This document shows positions 36,630 through 45,501 of a DNA stretch of 64,000 nucleotides, one piece after another. This stretch comes from Candidatus Omnitrophota bacterium (lineage in GTDB: Bacteria; Omnitrophota; Gorgyraeia; JAFGHF01). The notes under the pieces were generated by a model. It did not search any database, had not been told where the DNA came from, and saw only the letters and a program-made list of their open reading frames with translations. Both the position numbers and the translations under genes were made by a program. How positions within the stretch are numbered: position 1 is the first letter of the stretch; every line of letters begins with the position of its first letter. The stretch is from positions 2,119 to 66,118 of the forward strand of contig JAFGHF010000063.1 of the NCBI GenBank assembly GCA_016939375.1, given 5' to 3'.

Positions 36630-37405
36630 TTCTGCAGTCCGAAAAATTCCATGCTACTGTTATTGCATACTTGCGCAATTTGGTCCTCAGAAATTTTTTT
36701 TATTTCCGCCACTGCTTTTAGCGTTCTAAAGACATCTTTGGGCCGGGAAAAGTATTCGCCTTCTGCGGGTTTATACCTGACAGGGGAATCCGTCTCTAAA
36801 AAGATTTTCTCTAGCGGCGCTCTGGCGATTGCGCTTTTGTGCTCCGGACTATATTCAGCCGCTGGCGTGGCTGAAATACAATAACCCCTCTCAAGCAATT
36901 CCTCCAATACATCCTGCGGTCCGCTGTACCAGTGAAATTCGGCTTCTTTTATATCGTATCGGCTGAGCATCTCCAAACAGGCCCGCCATGCTCCGCGGCT
37001 GTGTACGACTACTGGCTTATCGTAGCGCTTGGCCATATCAAGCTGCTTTTCAAAAACAAGGTTTTGCAGCTGGCGCCCGGGTCCTTCTTTACGCGCCGGC
37101 TTATACCAGTAGTCCAACCCTATTTCCCCTAAGGCAACGATATCTTTGATATTTTCCTCTATAAAACTAAGGGCGTCTTCCGGGTCGCAGCCTTCAACGT
37201 AACCGGGATGAACGCCCATAGCAGGATATATCGGCAAGATATCTTTATATCTGGGGCAAATATCGAGGAGCTCTCGATTTGATTGGGGCCCCTGGCCTAC
37301 AGCTATTACAGCTTCTACCCCCGCCTCTCTTGCCTCTTCTAAAGCCTTTTTTAAATCATCTATCTCTTCCAAATGCGCGTGGGTGTCTATTAACTTAGGC
37401 ATCAT
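36626..37405 (-). CDS. tatD: TatD family hydrolase/DNase
   Basis: DTHAH, GVHP, GEIGLDY, HSR and ETDSP. Confidence 0.9.
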   Translation of the reverse strand: MMPKLIDTHAHLEEIDDLKKALEEAREAGVEAVIAVGQGPQSNRELLDICPRYKDILPIYPAMGVHPGYVEGCDPEDALSFIEENIKDIVALGEIGLDYWYKPARKEGPGRQLQNLVFEKQLDMAKRYDKPVVVHSRGAWRACLEMLSRYDIKEAEFHWYSGPQDVLEELLERGYCISATPAAEYSPEHKSAIARAPLEKIFLETDSPVRYKPAEGEYFSRPKDVFRTLKAVAEIKKISEDQIAQVCNNSSMEFFGLQK

Positions 37406-37912
37406 CTAATACAGGGCCATTATCTTTGAAGTCATGATACTTAACATCACTACGGCGATTATTACTTTGGCTATGATAGAACCTACTCTGCCCAGGATGC
37501 CTCCGGCTCCGGACTTAAGCGATTTTACCAGATCGCGCTGGACAACAAGCTCCACCAAAAAAGCGCCCAAAAAGATCCCTAAAAAAGTACCTAAAATAAG
37601 GCCCACGCCCAAAAGACCGGCGCCAAAAAGCGCCCCTAATATCCCGCCTATGATAGCCCCGGCCACGGCGCGATTGGAAGCACCGAACTTTTTCGCCCCG
37701 ATGATGATAAAGACATATTCCATAAGCTCGCCGAAAAGATAAAGGACGAAAAGGATGATCAGCGTTTTTATACCCAGCACCTGGAACTCCGTCATGATCG
37801 CATACAGCACAGAACCTATCAGCATGATTAACGTGCCGAAAGTAGTAAAGAAAATAGCGGCGAAGCCTATAAGGCTGAATATGATCAGTATAGAGAGGGC
37901 TAATATTTCCAT
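37406..37912 (-). CDS. DUF456-like membrane protein
   Basis: GAKKFGAS..GAIIGGILG, FLGAFLVE; hydrophobic throughout. Confidence 0.75.
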   Translation of the reverse strand: MEILALSILIIFSLIGFAAIFFTTFGTLIMLIGSVLYAIMTEFQVLGIKTLIILFVLYLFGELMEYVFIIIGAKKFGASNRAVAGAIIGGILGALFGAGLLGVGLILGTFLGIFLGAFLVELVVQRDLVKSLKSGAGGILGRVGSIIAKVIIAVVMLSIMTSKIMALY

Positions 37913-37924
37913 TTAAACCTCACC

Positions 37925-38995
37925 TTAAATATACTCTTTATGCCTTAACTGCAATAAGAGTTCTTCTTTTTTATCGGAATTGTCCAAAGCCGATTGCGGG
38001 GATATTTTTTTCTGCTCCACAAGCTCAAGCAGGCACTGGTTAAAGGTCTTCATCCCGTAAATCTCACCGGTAGCGATATATTTAGGCAACTCCCACAATT
38101 TATTTTCCCTGATCAATCTTGATACTGTGGGGCTTAAGGTCATCACCTCATAGGCCGGAGCCAGCCCTTCGGTATCAATACGGGGAATAAGCCGCAAAGA
38201 GACTACGCCTTTAAGCAAATTGGACAATTGATTGAATAAAAAATGGTGCTGCTCGGGCGGGAAGAAGTTCACGATCCTCTCCACGGTAGAGGCGGCATCG
38301 ACGGTATGCACGGTAGAAAGTACCAACACTCCTGTTTCCGCGGCCGTAAGCGCTGCGTGGCAGGTATGCTCGTCCCTGATATTGCCGATGAAGATGACAT
38401 CGGGAGAGTGGATAGTAAATTGCTTGAGCGCATCGGCATAGGAGAAGACATCCTTGCCTATGTCTCTTTGGTTTATTATCGATTTTTTATCTGTAAAGGT
38501 AAACTCGATCGGCTCCTCTACAGCCAAGATGTGTCTTCTAAAATTCTGATTTATGTGTTCGATCATCGCGGCAATGGTGGTAGACTTGCCGCTGCCGGTG
38601 ATCCCGGTAAGCAAGACCAAGCCGCGCCTTTCGTTGCAGAATTTTTTTAACACCTTACCCGGGAGATTGAGATCCTCGAATGTGCCGATATTCAAATTGA
38701 TCTTCCTGATGACCATGGCCAGGGTACTGCGCTGATAAAAGATGCCTACGCGGAACCTCCAGCTACCCTCATAGGTGGTGGCGAATTCATAGCTCTTATT
38801 TTGCTGCAGCTGCTCTTTCCCCGCCTTTCCGATCATCTCAAAGACGATCTTCTCCACATCATCATTATCAAAGAGATGGTCTTTGAGCGTGACCACTTCG
38901 GTGTACACCCTTCCTTTTAGATAGCTTCCCACGCTGATAAATAAGTCGGAGACTTCCCTTTCGATCATTATAGAGAGGATCTCATTAAAGTTCAT
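37925..38995 (-). CDS. pilU: PilT/PilU-family retraction ATPase (atypical Walker B)
   Basis: SDLF, RFRV..FYQR, GITGSGKST, EEPIEF, AAETG..STVH and GMKTFNQCL. Confidence 0.8.
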   Translation of the reverse strand: MNFNEILSIMIEREVSDLFISVGSYLKGRVYTEVVTLKDHLFDNDDVEKIVFEMIGKAGKEQLQQNKSYEFATTYEGSWRFRVGIFYQRSTLAMVIRKINLNIGTFEDLNLPGKVLKKFCNERRGLVLLTGITGSGKSTTIAAMIEHINQNFRRHILAVEEPIEFTFTDKKSIINQRDIGKDVFSYADALKQFTIHSPDVIFIGNIRDEHTCHAALTAAETGVLVLSTVHTVDAASTVERIVNFFPPEQHHFLFNQLSNLLKGVVSLRLIPRIDTEGLAPAYEVMTLSPTVSRLIRENKLWELPKYIATGEIYGMKTFNQCLLELVEQKKISPQSALDNSDKKEELLLQLRHKEYI

Positions 38996-39048
38996 CTTCT
39001 TCCCCTTTTTTGAGGCTTCTGGCTTTATTTAAAGGTATTACCAGGTTT

Positions 39049-39077
39049 ATTATACCTGAATTTTTGCCATGATTCAA
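39049..39077 (-). promoter_or_regulatory. Sigma70 promoter of the pilT/U-DUF456-tatD-FAH unit
   Basis: TTGAAT-17 nt-TATAAT. Confidence 0.65.
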
Positions 39078-39088
39078 ATAGCAATTTA

Positions 39089-40966
39089 TTAATAAGGCAG
39101 CAATACAAACCAAAACGGCAAGCCGGGAAATTTGGGGCGCATAATCGAGTTTATCTTATCCTCGTCTATGCCTTCAGGAAACTGATAGGGTAAAGCAAAA
39201 GCCAGTTCAAATCTCTTTTCATTGAGTACATGCAGCTCTACTGCCGGGTCGTGATAGCGAAACTGAAGCTCCTCAGACTCTGGCTTTAAAAATATAAAAC
39301 CTTTTTGCATATCCTCTACGTATTGCCTGATGATTTGCTTAATAAAGTCCTCCTTGGTGCGCTTGCTGATAAGGTAACGTCCTCCTCCCGGTCCGGATAA
39401 AGCTATCTTTTCTTTACGCAGGCTCTCTTGCGCCTGTTGGTTGTCCAGCTCCAAATTGGTCACAAAGGGAATGATGGTGCCAAACCCGGCGGCCTTTAAG
39501 GTATTGTAATATATAAGCCAGATGCCTTGAGGATCGACCTTCTGCTCGCCTTGGTAGTCATGCGGGCTAAAGACATCGCTGCCCGGGGAATCAAGGACCG
39601 CGAATCCACCTTTGTTCAGGCGCTTCCTGACGAATTGATAGAACTCCCGGCTATATAATTTGGCCATATCATAATCATAAGGGTCGGGAAAGTCGATAAA
39701 TATGGCATCGAACTTCTCTTGAGAGTCTTTGATATAATGGTATCCGTCGGCTATATTGACCTCTACCTTCGGGTCTTCCAGAGAACCGCGGTTTAAATAG
39801 CTCAATACAGGGTGACTCTTGGCCAATTGTATCATCCGCTCATCGATCTCCACCTGGACTATCTTTTGCACCTGGGGATATTTCAAAAGCTCCCTGTTAA
39901 GCAACCCATCGCCAGCACCTAAAACCAATATCTTTTTAGGCACAGCCCCGTTCAATATGATCGGCAGATGTGCGAAATATTCATGATAGACCTCTTCCTC
40001 ATCTGTAGAAAACTGAAAGTCGCCGTTTAAAAACAAGTAATAATCGCGGGGATATTGCGGGTCTTTTATATATTTTGTGCTGTAGGAATCGACCAGGATA
40101 CGGGTAAAAGGGTCCTTATCCAGTTTATAGCGCACGATGTCTATCTTTTGATAGGGAGAGCTGTATCTTTCAACCTGGGAGAGACCCCGGCATGGCCGAA
40201 AGAGGGCGGAAAAGTCTTGGAACGATTCATAATAGTAATAATATTTCTGCAAAAAATATTGCTGGATGCCGTTTATATTGAAAAAGGCTACGACGATGAG
40301 CACCGACAATGAAAATCCCACGCCTGCCTTTACGGGGAATCCGGCACTTTTTTTGAGGAAACTAAAAAGAATGAACAAGGCCACTGCCAGATTCAAAAAA
40401 GCGACCACAAGACCGACGCTGATTACCTCGAAGTTCGGCAATAATAGCAAGGGAAAACTAAAGGCCCCGGCAAGCGAACCAAAATAATCCATCGCCAAGA
40501 CCCTGTTAGTGACTTTCTTCTCTTTGCAGAGCTCATTGGCGATAGCGATAAGCAAAGGCAGTTCCAGGCCTGTTAAAAAACCTACCCCTACGACAACTAG
40601 AAATGACAAGGTAAAGAACGTACCCACTCCCAGAAGCAGTTTATCTTCCAAAAACATATATCCATATATCATATGGGCGTAATGGACTATGGCTACCGCC
40701 AGACCACCGGCAAGGCTGAGAAGGATCTCCACAAAAAATAATGAGCGCCATCTCTCTTTTTTGCCAAAAAGCCTCTGGCAAAGGAGCGCACCTATGCCCA
40801 TTGCCCCTAAATACAGTCCGATAGTCACGCTATAGCGTATGACTGTGTTGATGGACAAAAGAGAAACAGTCTGGGCTATCATCAGCTCATAAAGTATGCT
40901 GCAGGCGGCTAAAACAAAGCTGATGATGTAGACTAAAGTCATCGCAGAACCTGTCTTTTTATCCAT
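39089..40966 (-). CDS. speE: Membrane-domain-fused polyamine aminopropyltransferase (spermidine synthase-like)
   Basis: About 7-TM N-terminus (CSILYEL, GLELPL, DYFGSL), then SPYQKI, YHE, LVLGAGDG, VEID and IDFPDP. Confidence 0.85.
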   Translation of the reverse strand: MDKKTGSAMTLVYIISFVLAACSILYELMIAQTVSLLSINTVIRYSVTIGLYLGAMGIGALLCQRLFGKKERWRSLFFVEILLSLAGGLAVAIVHYAHMIYGYMFLEDKLLLGVGTFFTLSFLVVVGVGFLTGLELPLLIAIANELCKEKKVTNRVLAMDYFGSLAGAFSFPLLLLPNFEVISVGLVVAFLNLAVALFILFSFLKKSAGFPVKAGVGFSLSVLIVVAFFNINGIQQYFLQKYYYYYESFQDFSALFRPCRGLSQVERYSSPYQKIDIVRYKLDKDPFTRILVDSYSTKYIKDPQYPRDYYLFLNGDFQFSTDEEEVYHEYFAHLPIILNGAVPKKILVLGAGDGLLNRELLKYPQVQKIVQVEIDERMIQLAKSHPVLSYLNRGSLEDPKVEVNIADGYHYIKDSQEKFDAIFIDFPDPYDYDMAKLYSREFYQFVRKRLNKGGFAVLDSPGSDVFSPHDYQGEQKVDPQGIWLIYYNTLKAAGFGTIIPFVTNLELDNQQAQESLRKEKIALSGPGGGRYLISKRTKEDFIKQIIRQYVEDMQKGFIFLKPESEELQFRYHDPAVELHVLNEKRFELAFALPYQFPEGIDEDKINSIMRPKFPGLPFWFVLLPY

Positions 40967-40972
40967 AATCCT

Positions 40973-41332
40973 CTAAACACCCCTGGGTATGACTTTCACC
41001 CTCGCCTCTTTAGCTCGGAACTTCTTTTTTAAATCGTCTATGGTAATCTGCGCATCCATCTCCCCGCAGGTAAGGATGTCCAGGGCGATATAATCGGCCT
41101 CCGGCCAGGTATGGATGGCGAAATGCGACCAGGAGATGACTACGACTCCGGTCACGCCATAGGGCTGGAACTGGTGAAAAAGATATTTTAATATCTTGGT
41201 CCCGCTTTTCTTGGCTGCCTGCAAAAAGGGCTCTTCTACATCTTTGACGAATTTGATTTTTTCTTTGTCGCAACCTATAAGTTCTACCAGGTAATGCTTA
41301 CCGAACTCCTGCTTGAGATTATCCACTATCAT
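40973..41332 (-). CDS. speD: S-adenosylmethionine decarboxylase proenzyme
   Basis: GKHYLVEL.GC, HQFQPYGVTGVV, SH..IHTWPE and TCG. Confidence 0.85.
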   Translation of the reverse strand: MIVDNLKQEFGKHYLVELIGCDKEKIKFVKDVEEPFLQAAKKSGTKILKYLFHQFQPYGVTGVVVISWSHFAIHTWPEADYIALDILTCGEMDAQITIDDLKKKFRAKEARVKVIPRGV

Positions 41333-42030
41333 CCCCCTATATATCTATTGATACAGAATTCATTGATATGCGCGGCAGATTTTAGACAAAACATTATAAT
41401 CACAAAAAGGACCGCTTGCGCCGATAAAAAGGCATAATATTGCTTCCTTTTATGCGGCGGAACCATTCCTCTCTGTGTAAATAAACAAAGTCCGGCCAGG
41501 GAGTTTAGGCTGGCCACAAAAAAGGCACTGGCCACAAGGCCCAGCCGGGGATAAAAGATAAAGGCGAAAAAGACAGAGCCCAAGAGCGCACCGACATAGT
41601 CCACAGCCAATATAGGGTTCTCCGAAGGCCCTTTCTCCCTATTGCTTATCTCCATCAAAAGCGGAAGCTCAAAGCCGGTAAACACCCCCACAAGGATGAT
41701 AAGCGCATGCGCCGATAATGAAAATGCCAACCTGCTTGGGGCTACTAGATTCAAGGAATGTAAAATGACGACCGAAAATCCACCGATGAGCGTCAAGAGT
41801 ATCTCTACCTTAAGCAGGACTAAAACGGGGTTTTTGACGGTCTTGCCCTCAGCCAGCAAAGCGCCAAAACCCATAGAGAATAGATATAGCCCGATGGTAA
41901 TACTATACCTTAATACAGTATTTTCCAGGAAAGCGGATAAAGACTGGGCCAGCAACAGCTCATAAACAATACTGCAGAAGGCCAGGATAAGCTTGATTAA
42001 AAGGATAATATTTTTTTGTCTCATGGTCAA
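41329..42030 (-). CDS. Stand-alone membrane protein homologous to the SpeE N-terminal TM domain
   Basis: CSIVYEL, RYSITIGLYL, GFELPLL and DYVGAL parallel the N-terminus of 39089-40966. Confidence 0.8.
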   Translation of the reverse strand: MTMRQKNIILLIKLILAFCSIVYELLLAQSLSAFLENTVLRYSITIGLYLFSMGFGALLAEGKTVKNPVLVLLKVEILLTLIGGFSVVILHSLNLVAPSRLAFSLSAHALIILVGVFTGFELPLLMEISNREKGPSENPILAVDYVGALLGSVFFAFIFYPRLGLVASAFFVASLNSLAGLCLFTQRGMVPPHKRKQYYAFLSAQAVLFVIIMFCLKSAAHINEFCINRYIGG

Positions 42031-43067
42031 TAAGCGGGCTTCTTGCGCAAGTACAAGGACCTGCCCAAAAAGTACCCAAGTAAAAGATTACAAATGACTA
42101 AAAAGGCTAATATCGCTATAGAAGCACCCAGACTGGGTTCTTTTAAAGAAAAGGCAAAGCGGGTGATCCTGAACCCGATGACAACAGTCAGGATATAAAT
42201 CCATAGGATCGCCAAAGCATAGTACTTAAGCGGTGTTTTTAACAAGAAGCTTTTAATGCGCGGATAACGCTCAACCGACATATGGAGGGCGGGAATCACC
42301 ATCAAATAAAAACCGATTAACCCCGACATAAAAAACGGTGACGGTTTGAATATGGCCGGGCCCCAGACATTCGAATCATCGAATACGGTAAATAAATTTC
42401 CCGAAAAAGCAGAGGCCAGAAACAGGACGATTCCCATCCAGGGCAACAACCTTATTTTCGGGCTATTGCGGTCAAAAAGGTAGCCCAAAAAGATGCCTAA
42501 CACAAAAATCGAAAACCAGGGAAAAAATGGCCAGTAGTTCTCGCCCCAAAAATCACCAAAGATAATAGAATATAGATAAAAATGCCTGAATTGAAGGAGC
42601 GGAAATATGTTCGAGAAAAACAGAGCCGTCATTCCCAGAATCATCAGCCCTATTTTACTGGATAAAGCGGAAAACCTTTTCACAAAGGGATAAGAGATCA
42701 CCATGGATAGAGCGACAAACTGCAGCACATCCCAGTCTATGGCATCTTCCAGGCCCCAGGCCAAAGAGTTCATCAAAAATCCCAGCATAGAAAGAATAAA
42801 GGCCCTTTTCAGGACCTTGCCCCAGCCTATGTTTTTATTATTGACATAGACAAAAAAGGTCATCGCCGCTAACGTGGCTAACATAAAAGGAAAAAAATGT
42901 ACGCCTGTGCGGAAGAAGATTTCCAAAAACCGGCGGGCCTGCGCATAACGCAATCCCCCCTGGTCATCGACCACAAACATGCCTACTATCGGCTGGGCGA
43001 CTATTACCGTGATGATCCCTATTGCCTTTAGCAGGTCTATACTGAGATACCTTTTACGGTTTTCCAT
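42027..43067 (-). CDS. DUF1624/HGSNAT-like membrane acyltransferase family protein
   Basis: RYLSIDLLKAI, WDVLQFVALS and YWPFFPW; polytopic. Confidence 0.65.
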   Translation of the reverse strand: MENRKRYLSIDLLKAIGIITVIVAQPIVGMFVVDDQGGLRYAQARRFLEIFFRTGVHFFPFMLATLAAMTFFVYVNNKNIGWGKVLKRAFILSMLGFLMNSLAWGLEDAIDWDVLQFVALSMVISYPFVKRFSALSSKIGLMILGMTALFFSNIFPLLQFRHFYLYSIIFGDFWGENYWPFFPWFSIFVLGIFLGYLFDRNSPKIRLLPWMGIVLFLASAFSGNLFTVFDDSNVWGPAIFKPSPFFMSGLIGFYLMVIPALHMSVERYPRIKSFLLKTPLKYYALAILWIYILTVVIGFRITRFAFSLKEPSLGASIAILAFLVICNLLLGYFLGRSLYLRKKPAY

Positions 43068-44677
43068 AACTGCTGCTCCGCAATCTTTCCTGTTTTAGTC
43101 TTGGGCAATTCCTTCAAGAAATATATAGATACAGGCCGGGCATAAGAGCCGACTCTTTTGCAAATCTTCTCATTGATCTCTTTTTCTCTTTGAGCGGTCC
43201 TTTTTGCCAGCACACAAAGATAAATCTTATTAAATGAAAAAAGGACTTTTGCCGCCTTTATCCCCTTTAACCTTGCCACCTCTTTCTCGATTATAGCTGG
43301 CTCCAAATAACGCCCTTTAATCTTCAGGAGGCTGTCGCTTCTGCCTAATAATTCAAGGTAACCCCTTTTCTCCTTTGCCAAGTCCATAGTGTCAAAAAAG
43401 AGATGCCCCTTATCAAAGCGTTTAAGAAAACCTATCTGGTCATTCAAATAACCGGAACAGAAAGAAGGCAGGAGGTTTTTTATCCAAAGTTTGCCTATCC
43501 CCTTTTTATCTTTAGCGCTAAGGCGGTATTGCACTCCTAAAAACGGCTTCATGAAATGGATCTGATTGAACTTTTTGTATTTGATAGGCATAGGCAGGCT
43601 AGAAAGGATCGCCATCGTCTCGGCAGTGCCGCAGATATTTACGATTTTTGAATCGGCAAAATATCTTTTACACTTTTCCCATTGAGGCTTGCTCATCTTC
43701 TCGGACATAAAGATCAGGGTCAGGCCCCTCTCTGTCCTATGTTCGACTTTATCAAGAAACGACGGTATTGCTAAAAGGGCATCCGCTCTTTCGGCCTTAA
43801 TGATCCTTTTGGCTTCTTTGGCCAGAAAGACGATGTCCTCGCATATCACAGTCTTGTTGGCTAAAAACAAGGAGGCATAGTAAAAGATAAACGTCGGGGC
43901 AAAGGCAAAATTCAATGTATTAATCATGGTGGCGTTTCCCCGAAAGCCCAAATACGCCCTCTCGAACAAATAAGTGGAAAGAAACGCCCCTAGGGAACCG
44001 CTGGTTATTATTTTTGGTAAAGCGGTGGTGCCGGATGTAAAGACAATAAAGGTGGGCTCGGAGGCATCTAAGGCAACGGTCCGCCAACAGGCAGATTTAG
44101 ACATGCCTTGTTGAAGACGCCTTTTTTCTATCATTTTCAGCTTGGGCAATTTTTTGCCGAAGGATGAAATATCCTTGTCATAAATCAAAAAGTCAGCTCT
44201 TACCTTATCAACATAATAGTCTCTGGCGTCTTTGGGAAATCCCTCGTATAGAAACCCAAAAATGGCCCCAGCTCTCTGCAGGGCCAGGGCCAATAAAAGG
44301 CTTAGTTCCTTACTTTCGTTGCTGAGCAGGATCAAGACCTTGGATCTTCTATTGACACCCTCTTTTCTTAAGAAAAAACATAGTTTTTTTACTGTCACAA
44401 GCAGACTGCCGTAGGTATAGCTCTTTCTGGTTGCATCGCTTCCGTAAAACACCAAGATCTCTTTGTTTGTCAGCCCCTTGCGGATATTCCTCTCCAGGAT
44501 ATTTTCGCTATAATTGATCTTGCCCTGCAGAAACCATCTGCGCGGACCTTTTTCTATCGGCGAGCATAGCCGCTTAAAAGGCTTATCCCAGATGAAAGAC
44601 CGGGCAATATCATCCCAGAACCGCTCTGGGTCTTTTTTAAAACCGCGCATGTAAGAATAATAACGGCTTTTGCCCAC
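43037..44677 (-). CDS. Divergent acetyl-CoA-synthetase-like AMP-binding enzyme
   Basis: DPERFW..WDKP..WF ACS N-terminus, FTSGTT.LPK, GTAET, GRSD and LPKTKTGKI. Confidence 0.8.
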   Translation of the reverse strand: MGKSRYYSYMRGFKKDPERFWDDIARSFIWDKPFKRLCSPIEKGPRRWFLQGKINYSENILERNIRKGLTNKEILVFYGSDATRKSYTYGSLLVTVKKLCFFLRKEGVNRRSKVLILLSNESKELSLLLALALQRAGAIFGFLYEGFPKDARDYYVDKVRADFLIYDKDISSFGKKLPKLKMIEKRRLQQGMSKSACWRTVALDASEPTFIVFTSGTTALPKIITSGSLGAFLSTYLFERAYLGFRGNATMINTLNFAFAPTFIFYYASLFLANKTVICEDIVFLAKEAKRIIKAERADALLAIPSFLDKVEHRTERGLTLIFMSEKMSKPQWEKCKRYFADSKIVNICGTAETMAILSSLPMPIKYKKFNQIHFMKPFLGVQYRLSAKDKKGIGKLWIKNLLPSFCSGYLNDQIGFLKRFDKGHLFFDTMDLAKEKRGYLELLGRSDSLLKIKGRYLEPAIIEKEVARLKGIKAAKVLFSFNKIYLCVLAKRTAQREKEINEKICKRVGSYARPVSIYFLKELPKTKTGKIAEQQLWKTVKGISV

Positions 44678-44783
44678 TTCACCCCCATTTTACTTCAGCC
44701 TTTTTTTGATTATAGCATATAGAGAAGCAAAATAACACCCTTTATTGCCTATCTATTCTAAGGTAATTTTGTAAATTTTACAA

Positions 44784-44812
44784 TTGATTATTATGTAGCC
44801 AAGTGCTATACT
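44784..44812 (+). promoter_or_regulatory. Sigma70 promoter of the membrane protein-ParA/CBM48 pair
   Basis: TTGATT-17 nt-TATACT with an extended TG. The palindrome TTGTAAA-T-TTTACAA (44769-44783) abuts the -35. Confidence 0.6.
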
Positions 44813-44822
44813 ATTATGTAAC

Positions 44823-45497
44823 ATGAAAACGATATTGAACCGAACCCTGCTTTCCAGTCAAGATTTTAGACGGCTGAAAGAGTCTTTTTTTTCATCTTCC
44901 CCTCATCAGGCAAGCCCATCTCATACAAACATAAAGAAAAAAGTGATAATGACCGCGTCTTTGGCCTTCGTTGTCTTGCTTATCGGTTTCGCATTTTTTT
45001 CTAATTTTGACATCGTCATCTTATCTAATCCCAACCATATTTTTGGAAACGACGCGATAGACCTGCTCTCCAAAGAAGAACTTGCCACGGCTTCTATCAT
45101 AGCCCCGGCGGGAAATTCAAAAATAGCGAAAAAGCTTATACTCGTGGATATCCCTTTTGACCGCAAAGCCGGTTTTAGCCTGAATTTTAAAGACAAAATG
45201 GACATGTCCGATTCCAATGTAGCCCTGGTCTTAAAAAACCCCGGACAGGATTTTAATATAGACGTGGTCTTACGCGACAACCGTTTTTTCTCCAATTCGC
45301 TTAATCCTATTACGCTTGAGGTGTCGGGGGCAACTGAAACATCGGAATATATCAAAGTCCCCATAAATATCGAACATAGCAATATTTCCAACATCAACCT
45401 CTTGGGCATAAGCCAATTACGTTTTGTGTTCTCTCAAAAAAAGGAAGATTCTTTACCTGTTTTTGTAAAAAACGTCTTGTATGAAAAAAGGAGGTAG
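44823..45497 (+). CDS. Hypothetical single-pass membrane protein with a beta-rich (possibly carbohydrate-binding) domain
   Basis: Basic N-terminus, one TM (VIMTASLAFVVLLIGFAFF) and a beta-rich C-terminal domain. Its stop overlaps the ribosome-binding site of the next gene. Confidence 0.7.
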   Translation: MKTILNRTLLSSQDFRRLKESFFSSSPHQASPSHTNIKKKVIMTASLAFVVLLIGFAFFSNFDIVILSNPNHIFGNDAIDLLSKEELATASIIAPAGNSKIAKKLILVDIPFDRKAGFSLNFKDKMDMSDSNVALVLKNPGQDFNIDVVLRDNRFFSNSLNPITLEVSGATETSEYIKVPINIEHSNISNINLLGISQLRFVFSQKKEDSLPVFVKNVLYEKRR

Positions 45498-45501
45498 GGA
45501 T

